A stretch of DNA of 64,000 nucleotides from Nemertoderma westbladi (lineage: Eukaryota > Animalia > Xenacoelomorpha), in NCBI GenBank assembly GCA_032718475.1, contig JAUCBJ010009135.1, positions 62,001 through 126,000 on the forward strand, written 5' to 3'. This document shows positions 1 to 13,026 of this stretch, piece by piece; the first letter of the stretch is position 1, and the number at the start of each line of letters is the position of its first letter. The position numbers were made by a program, and so were the translations under genes. The notes under the pieces are model-generated. The model made no database searches. It was not told the DNA's origin and saw only the letters and a program-made list of their open reading frames with translations.

Positions 1-685
1 CTTGTTAAACACTGCAGGCAGGAGCAGGAGCTAGGAGCAATTTGGCTTAAATGTTGCTTTGTAAAACTACTTTGGCAGTGTGCTATGCATGTATCTAAGC
101 TGGCTTGAATCGACATTCATCAAATCCACTCGCGATTTGGGGTGAAGATAATAATAATAATCACTTCCCCATGTGACGAACATGAACTGCTAAGGGAAGG
201 TCAGTATAATAGGAGGCCCTACGGGCAAATAGGAAGGCGGTGTCCATCGTCCACTCACAAAGTGGCTCTGAGCTCGTACCCAACGGCAGGTACATAGCAG
301 ACCCCCCAAGTATAAGACGCAGAACCACGCCCGTCGTGCATGGAAGACAGGTCCCGAAGTATAAAAGGCAGACAAAAAGGCTTGTTTGACAGACCGCATT
401 ATACGCACCGCTTCCGTATAGCGAAAAATATCCAGATTGGGGTCTGGATATTTTTCGCTATGGAGAGCACTCACACAACAATTCCTTTATTATTATTAAT
501 TCATAGCCTGGGCCTGGCATACGGGGTTACAGTGGTTTCAACAACACTGTATAGTTATTATTTGGGATATGGTTGCCATTACTGGCAGAGCACGGAACGT
601 TGAATGTTGTTGTACTTTCCTTTGAGTGATTAATTAAAAAGGCCAAAATATGATATCCCATTCCATAGCAAATAAATTATTCATC

Positions 686-798
686 CGTCCTGGTAGCTCA
701 GTTGTCTTAGGACACAAACACACACACACGGCTGATGTCCGGATGTTTGAAACCTAGGTACCGGGTTCGAGCCCCAATAGAGTCGGTTGATATTTTTT
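686..798 (+). mobile_element. tRNA-derived SINE head or tRNA pseudogene with Pol III A and B boxes
   Basis: TAGCTCAGTTG (A box, 694-704) and GGTTCGAGCCC (B box, 764-774), separated by a CA-microsatellite-containing insert and followed by a T-run at ~793-798; no convincing cloverleaf. Confidence 0.5.
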
Positions 799-1117
799 GA
801 TATGGAAAGCGCTGTCATATTATTCTACTGAATTATTTCATTATATATATGAAATTGGGATCCCACACTGACTAACCCCGAGCAACTCTGTAGACTATGG
901 GGGGAAGTGGGTACAAATACATATAATATTAAACAAACAAATAATATTAAAGATAATATAACAGCACGATAAATTATACCGATCTCATTATATACTGTAC
1001 CAGCACTTACAGTAATATACATGTTGATAATGTGGTAATTAGTAATATATAATATAATAGTAATGCACATTGTACTTACTGTAAACAACTGTACTCATTT
1101 CAAAGTTAACCAACCAC

Positions 1118-4100
1118 TAACGTATATTAGGTATCTTTGAGCTTTACTCCTGCCTTCCGTACTGTATTGACGTATTTTAGGTATCTTTGAGCTTTACTCC
1201 TGCCTTCCGTACTGTATTGACGTATTTTAGGTAGCCTTGAGCTTTACTCCTGCCTTCCGTGCTGTATTGACGTATTTTAGGTAGCATTGAGCTTTACTCC
1301 TGCCTTCCGTACTGTATTGACGTATTTTAGGTAGCCTTGAGCTTTACTCCTGCCTTCCGTGCTGTATTAACGTATTTTAGGTAGCATTGAGCTTTACTCC
1401 TGTCTTCCGTACTGTATTGACGTATTTTAGGTAGCCTTGAGCTTTACTCCTGCCTTCCGTACTGTATTGACGTATTTTAGGTAGCCTTGAGCTTTACTCC
1501 TGCCTTCCGTACTGTATTAACGTATTTTAGGTAGCCTTGAGCTTTACTCCTGCCTTCCGTACTGTATTGACGTATTTTAGGTAGCCTTGAGCTTTACTCC
1601 TGCCTTCCGTGCTGTATTGACGTATTTTAGGTAGCATTGAGCTTTACTCCTGCCTTCCGTACTGTATTGACGTATTTTAGGTAGCCTTGAGCTTTACTCC
1701 TGCCTTCCGTACTGTATTGACGTATTTTAGGTAGCCTTGAGCTTTACTCCTGCCTTCCGTACTGTATTGACGTATTTTAGGTAGCCTTGAGCTTTACTCC
1801 TGCCTTCCGTACTGTATTAACGCATTTTAGGTAGCCTTGAGCTTTACTCCTGCCTTCCGTACTGTATTGACGCATTTTAGGTAGCCTTGAGCTTTACTCC
1901 TGCCTTCCGTACTGTATTGACGTATTTTAGGTAGCCTTGAGCTTTACTCCTGCCTTCCGTACTGTATTGACGTATTTTAGGTAGCCTTGAGCTTTACTCC
2001 TGCCTTCCGTACTGTATTGACGTATTTTAGGTAGCCTTGAGCTTTACTCCTGCCTTCCGTACTGTATTGACGTATTTTAGGTAGCCTTGAGCTTTACTCC
2101 TGCCTTCCGTACTGTATTGACGCATTTTAGGTAGGCTTGAGCTTTACTCCTGCCTTCCGTACTGTATTGACGTATTTTAGGTAGCCTTGAGCTTTACTCC
2201 TGTCTTCCGTACTGTATTGACGTATTTTAGGTAGCCTTGAGCTTTACTCCTGCCTTCCGTACTGTATTGACGTATTTTAGGTAGCCTTGAGCTTTACTCC
2301 TGCCTTCCGTACTGTATTGACGTATTTTAGGTAGCCTTGAGCTTTACTCCTGCCTTCCGTACTGTATTGACGTATTTTAGGTAGCCTTGAGCTTTACTCC
2401 TGCCTTCCGTACTGTATTGACGTATATTAGGTATCTTTGAGCTTTACTCCTGCCTTCCGTGCTGTATTAACGTATATTAGGTAGCCTTGAGCTTTACTCC
2501 TGCCTTCCGTACTGTATTGACGTATTTTAGGTAGCCTTGAGCTTTACTCCTGCCTTCCGTACTGTATTGACGTATTTTAGGTAGCCTTGAGCTTTACTCC
2601 TGCCTTCCGTGCTGTATTGACGTATTTTAGGTAGCCTTGAGCTTTACTCCTGCCTTCCGTACTGTATTGACGTATTTTAGGTAGCCTTGAGCTTTACTCC
2701 TGCCTTCCGTACTGTATTAACGTATTTTAGGTATCTTTGAGCTTTACTCCTGCCTTCCGTGCTGTATTGACGTATTTTAGGTAGCCTTGAGCTTTACTCC
2801 TGCCTTCCGTACTGTATTGACGTATTTTAGGTAGCCTTGAGCTTTACTCCTGCCTTCCGTACTGTATTGACGTATTTTAGGTAGCCTTGAGCTTTACTCC
2901 TGCCTTCCGTACTGTATTGACGTATTTTAGGTAGCCTTGAGCTTTACTCCTGCCTTCCGTACTGTATTGACGTATTTTAGGTAGCCTTGAGCTTTACTCC
3001 TGCCTTCCGTACTGTATTGACGTATTTTAGGTAGCCTTGAGCTTTACTCCTGCCTTCCGTACTGTATTGACGTATTTTAGGTAGCCTTGAGCTTTACTCC
3101 TGCCTTCCGTACTGTATTGACGTATTTTAGGTAGCCTTGAGCTTTACTCCTGCCTTCCGTACTGTATTGACGTATTTTAGGTAGCCTTGAGCTTTACTCC
3201 TGCCTTCCGTACTGTATTGACGTATTTTAGGTAGCCTTGAGCTTTACTCCTGCCTTCCGTACTGTATTGACGCATTTTAGGTAGCCTTGAGCTTTACTCC
3301 TGCCTTCCGTACTGTATTGACGTATTTTAGGTAGCCTTGAGCTTTACTCCTGCCTTCCGTACTGTATTGACGCATTTTAGGTAGCCTTGAGCTTTACTCC
3401 TGCCTTCCGTGCTGTATTGACGTATATTAGGTATCTTTGAGCTTTACTCCTGCCTTCCGTACTGTATTAACGCATTTTAGGTAGCCTTGAGCTTTACTCC
3501 TGCCTTCCGTACTGTATTGACGTATATTAGGTATCTTTGAGCTTTACTCCTGCCTTCCGTACTGTATTGACGCATTTTAGGTAGCCTTGAGCTTTACTCC
3601 TGCCTTCCGTACTGTATTGACGTATTTTAGGTATCTTTGAGCTTTACTCCTGCCTTCCGTACTGTATTGACGTATTTTAGGTAGCTTTGAGCTTTACTCC
3701 TGCCTTCCGTACTGTATTGACGCATTTTAGGTAGCCTTGAGCTTTACTCCTGCCTTCCGTGCTGTATTGACGTATTTTAGGTAGCCTTGAGCTTTACTCC
3801 TGCCTTCCGTACTGTATTGACGCATTTTAGGTAGCCTTGAGCTTTACTCCTGCCTTCCGTACTGTATTGACGCATTTTAGGTAGCCTTGAGCTTTACTCC
3901 TGCCTTCCGTACTGTATTGACGTATTTTAGGTAGCCTTGAGCTTTACTCCTGCCTTCCGTACTGTATTGACGTATTTTAGGTATCTTTGAGCTTTACTCC
4001 TGCCTTCCGTACTGTATTGACGCATTTTAGGTAGCCTTGAGCTTTACTCCTGCCTTCCGTACTGTATTGACGTATTTTAGGTAGCCTTGAGCTTTACTCC

Positions 4101-7100
4101 TGCCTTCCGTACTGTATTGACGCATTTTAGGTAGCCTTGAGCTTTACTCCTGCCTTCCGTGCTGTATTGACGTATTTTAGGTAGCCTTGAGCTTTACTCC
4201 TGCCTTCCGTGCTGTATTGACGTATTTTAGGTAGCCTTGAGCTTTACTCCTGCCTTCCGTGCTGTATTGACGTATTTTAGGTAGCCTTGAGCTTTACTCC
4301 TGCCTTCCGTGCTGTATTGACGCATTTTAGGTAGCCTTGAGCTTTACTCCTGCCTTCCGTACTGTATTGACGCATTTTAGGTAGCCTTGAGCTTTACTCC
4401 TGCCTTCCGTACTGTATTGACGTATTTTAGGTAGCCTTGAGCTTTACTCCTGCCTTCCGTACTGTATTGACGTATTTTAGGTAGCCTTGAGCTTTACTCC
4501 TGCCTTCCGTGCTGTATTGACGTATTTTAGGTAGCCTTGAGCTTTACTCCTGCCTTCCGTGCTGTATTGACGCATTTTAGGTAGCCTTGAGCTTTACTCC
4601 TGCCTTCCGTGCTGTATTGACGTATTTTAGGTAGCCTTGAGCTTTACTCCTGCCTTCCGTACTGTATTGACGTATTTTAGGTAGCCTTGAGCTTTACTCC
4701 TGCCTTCCGTACTGTATTGACGCATTTTAGGTAGCCTTGAGCTTTACTCCTGCCTTCCGTGCTGTATTGACGTATTTTAGGTAGCCTTGAGCTTTACTCC
4801 TGCCTTCCGTACTGTATTGACGCATTTTAGGTAGCCTTGAGCTTTACTCCTGCCTTCCGTACTGTATTGACGTATTTTAGGTAGCCTTGAGCTTTACTCC
4901 TGCCTTCCGTGCTGTATTGACGCATTTTAGGTAGCCTTGAGCTTTACTCCTGCCTTCCGTACTGTATTGACGTATTTTAGGTAGCCTTGAGCTTTACTCC
5001 TGCCTTCCGTACTGTATTGACGCATTTTAGGTAGCCTTGAGCTTTACTCCTGCCTTCCGTGCTGTATTGACGTATTTTAGGTAGCCTTGAGCTTTACTCC
5101 TGCCTTCCGTACTGTATTGACGCATTTTAGGTAGCCTTGAGCTTTACTCCTGCCTTCCGTACTGTATTGACGTATTTTAGGTAGCCTTGAGCTTTACTCC
5201 TGCCTTCCGTACTGTATTGACGCATTTTAGGTAGCCTTGAGCTTTACTCCTGCCTTCCGTACTGTATTGACGTATTTTAGGTAGCCTTGAGCTTTACTCC
5301 TGCCTTCCGTACTGTATTGACGTATTTTAGGTAGCCTTGAGCTTTACTCCTGCCTTCCGTGCTGTATTGACGCATTTTAGGTAGCCTTGAGCTTTACTCC
5401 TGCCTTCCGTACTGTATTGACGTATTTTAGGTAGCCTTGAGCTTTACTCCTGCCTTCCGTACTGTATTGACGCATTTTAGGTAGCCTTGAGCTTTACTCC
5501 TGCCTTCCGTGCTGTATTGACGTATTTTAGGTAGCCTTGAGCTTTACTCCTGCCTTCCGTACTGTATTGACGTATTTTAGGTAGCCTTGAGCTTTACTCC
5601 TGCCTTCCGTACTGTATTAACGTATTTTAGGTAGCCTTGAGCTTTACTCCTGCCTTCCGTGCTGTATTGACGTATTTTAGGTAGCCTTGAGCTTTACTCC
5701 TGCCTTCCGTACTGTATTGACGTATTTTAGGTAGCCTTGAGCTTTACTCCTGCCTTCCGTACTGTATTGACGTATTTTAGGTAGCCTTGAGCTTTACTCC
5801 TGCCTTCCGTACTGTATTGACGTATTTTAGGTAGCCTTGAGCTTTACTCCTGCCTTCCGTACTGTATTGACGTATTTTAGGTAGCCTTGAGCTTTACTCC
5901 TGCCTTCCGTACTGTATTGACGCATTTTAGGTAGCCTTGAGCTTTACTCCTGCCTTCCGTACTGTATTGACGCATTTTAGGTAGCCTTGAGCTTTACTCC
6001 TGCCTTCCGTACTGTATTGACGCATTTTAGGTAGCCTTGAGCTTTACTCCTGCCTTCCGTACTGTATTGACGCATTTTAGGTAGCCTTGAGCTTTACTCC
6101 TGCCTTCCGTACTGTATTGACGTATTTTAGGTAGCCTTGAGCTTTACTCCTGCCTTCCGTACTGTATTGACGTATTTTAGGTAGCCTTGAGCTTTACTCC
6201 TGCCTTCCGTGCTGTATTGACGTATTTTAGGTAGCCTTGAGCTTTACTCCTGCCTTCCGTACTGTATTGACGTATTTTAGGTAGCCTTGAGCTTTACTCC
6301 TGCCTTCCGTGACTGTATTGACGTATTTTAGGTAGCCTTGAGCTTTACTCCTGCCTTCCGTACTGTATTAACGTATTTTAGGTAGCCTTGAGCTTTACTC
6401 CTGCCTTCCGTACTGTATTGACGTATTTTAGGTAGCCTTGAGCTTTACTCCTGCCTTCCGTACTGTATTGACGTATTTTAGGTAGCCTTGAGCTTTACTC
6501 CTGCCTTCCGTACTGTATTGACGTATTTTAGGTAGCCTTGAGCTTTACTCCTGCCTTCCGTAGCTGTATTGACGTATTTTAGGTAGCCTTGAGCTTTACT
6601 CCTGCCTTCCGTACTGTATTGACGCATTTTAGGTAGCCTTGAGCTTTACTCCTGCCTTCCGTGCTGTATTGACGTATTTTAGGTAGCCTTGAGCTTTACT
6701 CCTGCCTTCCGTACTGTATTAACGTATTTTAGGTAGCCTTGAGCTTTACTCCTGCCTTCCGTGCTGTATTGACGCATTTTAGGTAGCCTTGAGCTTTACT
6801 CCTGCCTTCCGTACTGTATTGACGTATTTTAGGTAGCCTTGAGCTTTACTCCTGCCTTCCGTACTGTATTGACGCATTTTAGGTAGCCTTGAGCTTTACT
6901 CCTGCCTTCCGTGCTGTATTGACGTATTTTAGGTAGCCTTGAGCTTTACTCCTGCCTTCCGTACTGTATTGACGTATTTTAGGTAGCCTTGAGCTTTACT
7001 CCTGCCTTCCGTACTGTATTGACGTATTTTAGGTAGCCTTGAGCTTTACTCCTGCCTTCCGTACTGTATTGACGTATTTTAGGTAGCCTTGAGCTTTACT

Positions 7101-7831
7101 CCTGCCTTCCGTACTGTATTGACGTATTTTAGGTAGCCTTGAGCTTTACTCCTGCCTTCCGTACTGTATTGACGTCATTTTAGGTAGCCTTGAGCTTTAC
7201 TCCTGCCTTCCGTACTGTATTGACGCATTTTAGGTAGCCTTGAGCTTTACTCCTGCCTTCCGTACTGTATTGACGTATTTTAGGTAGCCTTGAGCTTTAC
7301 TCCTGCCTTCCGTACTGTATTGACGCATTTTAGGTAGCCTTGAGCTTTACTCCTGCCTTCCGTACTGTATTGACGTATTTTAGGTAGCCTTGAGCTTTAC
7401 TCCTGCCTTCCGTACTGTATTGACGTATTTTAGGTAGCCTTGAGCTTTACTCCTGCCTTCCGTACTGTATTGACGTATTTTAGGTAGCCTTGAGCTTTAC
7501 TCCTGCCTTCCGTACTGTATTGACGTATTTTAGGTAGCCTTGAGCTTTACTCCTGCCTTCCGTACTGTATTGACGTATTTTAGGTAGCCTTGAGCTTTAC
7601 TCCTGCCTTCCGTACTGTATTAACGCATTTTAGGTAGCCTTGAGCTTTACTCCTGCCTTCCGTACTGTATTAACGTATTTTAGGTAGCCTTGAGCTTTAC
7701 TCCTGCCTTCCGTACTGTATTGACGCATTTTAGGTAGCCTTGAGCTTTACTCCTGCCTTCCGTACTGTATTAACGCATTTTAGGTAGCCTTGAGCTTTAC
7801 TCCTGCCTTCCGTACTGTATTGAAGCATTTT
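1118..7831. repeat. 50-bp tandem satellite, ~134 copies
   Basis: Unit gacgtattttaggtagccttgagctttactcctgccttccgtactgtatt repeated head-to-tail with few recurrent variants (cgt/cgc, act/gct, gcc/tct). Confidence 0.99.
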
Positions 7832-8146
7832 AATAATTAGTGCGAGGCTGTATATTTATTGTAACTATACACTTAGAATAATTAATAACCCCGCTTGCAG
7901 TTTGCACTTAGCTCTCATACTTGCATCCACTACCAACTAATTGCGGCTGTTATATGGCGTAGTAACTACAGTATGTAAGCAAAGGTTTACTGATTATAAT
8001 GCAGTATATACGTAATATTGCAATTCAATTAATTAATTGTAAAATAATTTGAAACAAAATTAAAGCTTTGGTGACTAAAACTGTAATACAGTGCCGGTAA
8101 AGAAAGAATTTTTATTAAATTTAATGGCAATTTGATTAATTAAATA

Positions 8147-9421
8147 ATGGGTTTGATTAAAGCAAGTCTTTATGTGGCTATTATTGCGTTGCTGGCCAAT
8201 GTATTACCCGTTCTGTGGAAATTATACACAGCAAAACCACTCCGGGTGCACGTTGATGGGGCGGTTGAGGAATCCTTTAGAGAAGTTGAGTCGATATTCC
8301 GTGGATTTTTCGAGGAAGGTCGAGTTATCGGAGGGGCGTCTTTCTCGGTGTACCATCGGGGTAGATTGGTGGTGGACCTGTGGGGCGGCTACACTGACGA
8401 GATATCACCATGGCGACGCGACACTCTGGGCCTATTCTTTAGTTCTACTAAAAGTACCGCGGCTATTTGCGCCAATATGCTAATCTATCGAGGCCATATG
8501 AAACCTGATGACTTAGTAACGAAATACTGGCCGGAGTTCGGTAATAACGGTAAAGGCAACGTCACTGTGCGAATGTTATTGAACCATCAGGCAGGGTTAT
8601 CCCACACCGAGTCACCAATTACAGAGGAAATGATACTGGAAGAAAGCGGACACTCATTGGACATACTGTTAGCCAATCAGCGACCAGTATCGGAACCCGG
8701 TGGACCTGCGGTTTACCACGCAATCACCTATGCGTGGGTGGTAAATGGGTTAATCCGACGGGTGGACCCACAAGGAAGAGACATCGTTCGTTTCCTTCGT
8801 GAGGAGATAACGGAACCGATGGGAGTTGAGTTCCATATCGGGTTACCGCTCAACGAATCCTACCGATCCGTACGGCTCTATGACTACATCTCCACGAAGG
8901 ATCAACTCTATATGCTACGAACTCTGCTAACCGATGCCAACGCCAGGAATTTCATGATGAAACTATTCAGTGGTGAGTTCGCTAATACCAGTAAAAACAT
9001 ACCGGGGATTATAATGGGGGCTCCAAACTCTCCATATTCCCGCCGTCTTCCAATCGGTTCCATGTATGGGTTCACCACGACCCGGGATTTTGCCCGCATT
9101 ATGGACCGTTTAGCCAACCCTGGAACCGATCCACTGCTTCCTAAGAGTTACAGCGACGGTATATTCGCGCAGGGTGCGCCTGGGTTTAGTGGTCGTTTCT
9201 TCGCTTTGGGTTTTTTGAGTAAACCGCGTCCCCTTTCGGACCATGGACCAGAGTTGCTGGGACACCCCGGTTATGGAGGTCAGGAAGCTTACTTCGACAC
9301 GACAGAGGGCATTGGGTATGCCTACACCCAGAACTCCTTGTATAAGATTGCCATGCCCAACATAGAAGCTCCTTTGTTGAAGAAGCTACTAGAGGCCACG
9401 TACGGGGCCTTGCGAAAGTGA
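8147..9421 (+). CDS. Serine beta-lactamase-fold hydrolase (LACTB/lact-2-like, penicillin-binding-protein family) with N-terminal signal anchor; intronless
   Basis: 424-aa ORF with catalytic SxxK (FSSTK), LLNHQAGL, catalytic Tyr (AVYHA), GHPGYGGQ, VVDLWGG and YWPEFG motifs typical of the family; hydrophobic N-terminus; A at -3 and G at +4 of the ATG. Confidence 0.93.
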   Translation: MGLIKASLYVAIIALLANVLPVLWKLYTAKPLRVHVDGAVEESFREVESIFRGFFEEGRVIGGASFSVYHRGRLVVDLWGGYTDEISPWRRDTLGLFFSSTKSTAAICANMLIYRGHMKPDDLVTKYWPEFGNNGKGNVTVRMLLNHQAGLSHTESPITEEMILEESGHSLDILLANQRPVSEPGGPAVYHAITYAWVVNGLIRRVDPQGRDIVRFLREEITEPMGVEFHIGLPLNESYRSVRLYDYISTKDQLYMLRTLLTDANARNFMMKLFSGEFANTSKNIPGIIMGAPNSPYSRRLPIGSMYGFTTTRDFARIMDRLANPGTDPLLPKSYSDGIFAQGAPGFSGRFFALGFLSKPRPLSDHGPELLGHPGYGGQEAYFDTTEGIGYAYTQNSLYKIAMPNIEAPLLKKLLEATYGALRK

Positions 9422-10587
9422 GATGGCGTTGAAATTTTATTAAAATTGGCTACCGTATTAGGTGTTACTCTGTTTAATCTTCCCTGGATATCTTTATCTT
9501 CTGAACCTCCCCATTAGTGCCCATGTCTCTCTCAGGATCTCTAGATTAGTTTTTAGGAATGTATCGCACTATTATCTTATAAGTGCTCGATTATAAGTAT
9601 TCATGAAATTAGTAGTTATTTTTATTCATATAGTGCTTATTTATTAATTCCTATGTAGCCCTTCTCATGCGAGCCTACGTTCATTCCTGCAACTACATAC
9701 ACGTGTAACTTTTTAATTTCTAACTTTTTAATATTTAAATTGGTAACATAGGCTGATAATAATTTATAATTATTATTAAATATTATAAATTTATATTATA
9801 ATTGGTGTTTATTGTTAATTTTCGCATATTGACACTGAAACTGGCTAAGATTATTTTTTATAATTGTGACGGGATCCGAGTTGGCGCGGGATCCCGCCGG
9901 TGAATGTGTGTCGTGTTTAGTACGCGTCACCGCGCTGTAGGTATCAAGACTGAAAGACCGTAGGCCGATATACATACCGTACAATCGAATTGTTGCTTTA
10001 TCGTTGTTAATAATAGCTGATATATATAAGTACTGGTAGATAACAGCACAATCAGTATGTACTGTACTGGATACCCGGCTGTGATTCGTAAATCACTCTG
10101 TCCCCCATTTTCTCGGTAGGTGGCGTGCAGCGGATAACAATAATTACAAATAAATGTTATATATAGATATATAGGCAGCGATTTTTTATGTCCTTTTATT
10201 TGACTTTTTTTGTCCTCCTTTTTTTACGAATTGTGCATAATGACTTTTGTTGTCCCTTTAATGACTTTTGTTGTCATTTAATGAATTTTTATGTATGTAT
10301 TTCTTCAAACTGTCAGACTGATGATTTCTGGACTGTCAGACAGTTGATTTCAACATGCCTATTACAAAACATTCAAAATTTGTTGATTTCTGGTCTGTCG
10401 GACAGTTGGTTTCACTATGACTGTATGCCTGTGCCAAAACAGTCAAAATTCCATGATTTATAGACTATGAGATAGATTTCCATATGCGCCTGTGGTAAAA
10501 GACTCTAAATTTAATAGTTTGTGGTTGTTGTCGATAATCGATTACCACATGACGTAGGAAAACACTCTTTTTTATAGCCAAAAGCAA

Positions 10588-11709
10588 TTACCAATTGATG
10601 GAAAGGAGCAGGTTAAGGCCGGATTTTCTAACCAAAACAATAAACAGTCACTTTACCAAATGAAGGAAAGGAGCAGGTTACAGAGGCTAGCCTTTCTAAC
10701 CAAAACAATAAACGGTCATTTTACCAAATCAGGGAAAGGAGCAGGTTACAGAGGCGGGATTTTCTAACCAAAACAATAACCAATCACTTTACCAAATGAA
10801 GGAAAGAGTAGGTTACAGAGGCTAGCCTTTCTAACCAAAACAATAAACGGTCATTTTACCAAATCAGGGAAAGGAGCAGGTTACAGAGGCGGGATTTTCT
10901 AACCAAAACAATAAACGGTCATTTTACAAAATCAGGGAAAGGAGCAGGTTACAGAGGCGGGATTTTCTAACCAAAACAATAAACAATCACTTTACCAAAT
11001 GAAGGAAAGGAACAGGTTACATAGATGGTTTTTTCTAACCAAAACAATAAACGATAACATTACCTAATGAAGGAAAGGAGCAGGTTACATAGATGGTCTT
11101 TTCTAACCAAAACAATAAAAGATAACATTACCAATTGAGAGAAAGGAGCAGGTTACAGAGGCGGGATTTCCTAACCAAAACAATAAACGATCACTTAACT
11201 AATTGAGGGAAAGGAGCACGTTACAGAGGCGGGATTTTCTAACCAAAACAATAAAAGATCATTTAACTAATTGAGGGAAAGGGGCAGGTTACAGAGGCGG
11301 GATTTTCTAACCAAAACCATAAACAGTCGCTTTACAAAATGAAGGAAAGGAGCAGGTTACAGAGGCGGGATTTTCTAACCAAAACAATAAAAGATCATTT
11401 AACTAATTGAGGGAAAGGGGCAGGTTACAGAGGCGGGATTTTCTAACCAAAACCATAAACAGTCGCTTTACAAAATGAAGGAAAGGAGCAGGTTACAGAG
11501 GCGGGCCTTTCTAACCAAAACAATAAACGGTCACTTTACCAAATCAGGGAAAGGAGCAGGTTACAGAGGCGGGATTTTCTAACCAAAACAATAAAAGATC
11601 ATTTAACTAATTGAAGGAAAGGAGTGGGTTACAGAGGCGGGATTTTCTAACCAAAACAATAAACAGTCACTTTACTATATGAAGGAAAGGAGCAGGTTAC
11701 AGAGGCGGT
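10588..11709. repeat. 68-bp tandem minisatellite, ~16 diverged copies
   Basis: Unit ...aaggagcaggttacagaggcgggattttctaaccaaaacaataaa...; same family as 36877-37612. Confidence 0.95.
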
Positions 11710-12055
11710 TTATATATATATATATAAATGTTGTACAGTATATGTCGAAGGACCAACTTCTATTTTTTCTATCTATGTTTCACTTGTATCAGTTATATGC
11801 ACGCATTTATAGGAGAAAGACCAATCTTTCTTCTTGATTCTTCGGTTATCAAGTTGACTAAAAAGGCAATTTTACTGAGTAATAATTATTTACCAACGAG
11901 TAATTAATCTTCTTCGGTCTTTATACATAAATTTTTAGCTAGTTTTAATTAAATATTACAGGAATTTTAAGGTAAGCCGGATTTTACGAGGTTCTAATTA
12001 ACCATACCGCCTCTTCAAGAAGATAAGCAACTCAGAACAACCCGAATTAATTGCC

Positions 12056-12390
12056 TGTGGGGCGAGCCACGAAGTTTACTTCGAATATGGGTACCATTAA
12101 CGAGTTGTCTGTCGACGTCGTCGTCTGTCGCCGTTTAATTTATGAGGATGAAATTAAAGCAAACTTGGTACGTATGTAGTCCGTCAAAAGATTATAAAGA
12201 ATCTAAAGTTTGGTAATAAATGAGACAATCTGTGAGTCGGTATCGGTAGTTTCAGACTTTTGTCGGTACCGGCAGTTTCAGACTTTTGATTAAAACCGAA
12301 ATCAGTAAGGCATTCATTTATGATATTATACTAAACTTGGTACGTATGCAGTCTCGTGCTGCGCGAAGCACGTGTGATACGTGCAGTAGA
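12056..12390 (-). mobile_element. Non-autonomous dispersed element (Helentron/HINE-like), homologous to 62960-63170
   Basis: 12056-12220 is the diverged reverse complement of ~62960-63170 (ggggcgagcc...atatgggtaccattaacgagttgtctgtcg..., internal GTC microsatellite, ttggtacgtatgtagtccg); short hairpin cgtgctgcgcgaagcacg near 12355-12372. Family assignment is inference. Confidence 0.55.
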
Positions 12391-12836
12391 AATCTGCATT
12401 GAATTAAAGGTTAACAAAGTTATTTCATGTTATATTATATAAATAACAACATATTAAATCTACCTCAGCACAATATTAATTAATATATAGTGTCATATAA
12501 TACTCATAAATTACAACATCTAATTATTAAAATATAAATTGCCTATCGTTATGATTGATAATATTAAGGCAATAAATGTAAACTGTTTCTAAATTAATTT
12601 AAAATTTATGTTTTTTATTTGATATAGAGGAGTTCAAATCCCAAAACTGCTTAGAGATCTCGTTTAGTTCTCGAGTTACCCCCACCCCCCCCCCCCCCCC
12701 CTAAATATATTTCTAGTTGTAAAATATTAATACTAATACTACTAGTAATACTAATAGTACTAATATCTAAACAATTTCAATATTTCCTCTTCCATTGAGG
12801 CGCTCGAGGAGGTTCCTTATTAAGTTAATATTCTAG

Positions 12837-12924
12837 TGAGTTGTGGCGGTGCAATTTTGTCGATATGCCGGCACAGAATTCTTAAAAATGCAGCTGCAGT
12901 GCAGCATGCCGATCCTAGTAGTAG
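12837..12924 (+). mobile_element. ~88-bp insertion with TAG-repeat tail and 11-bp flanking direct repeat
   Basis: Near-identical to 62257-62333; flanked by taatattctag at 12826-12836 and 12925-12935. Confidence 0.75.
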
Positions 12925-13026
12925 TAATATTCTAGAAGCATCTTTATGGTCGTCTATTTTATTTATCATGGCGATTTCCATTTCATTAAAGCTTAAGAAT
13001 AGATCAGGTGATCAGTCATACATACC

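Noticed and set aside
686-780. Functional tRNA gene
   Set aside because: Acceptor stem does not pair and a CA-repeat insert disrupts the D/anticodon region.
190-1088. Short ORFs at the window start
   Set aside because: No recognisable domain or splice support; composition fits non-coding or decayed repeat sequence.
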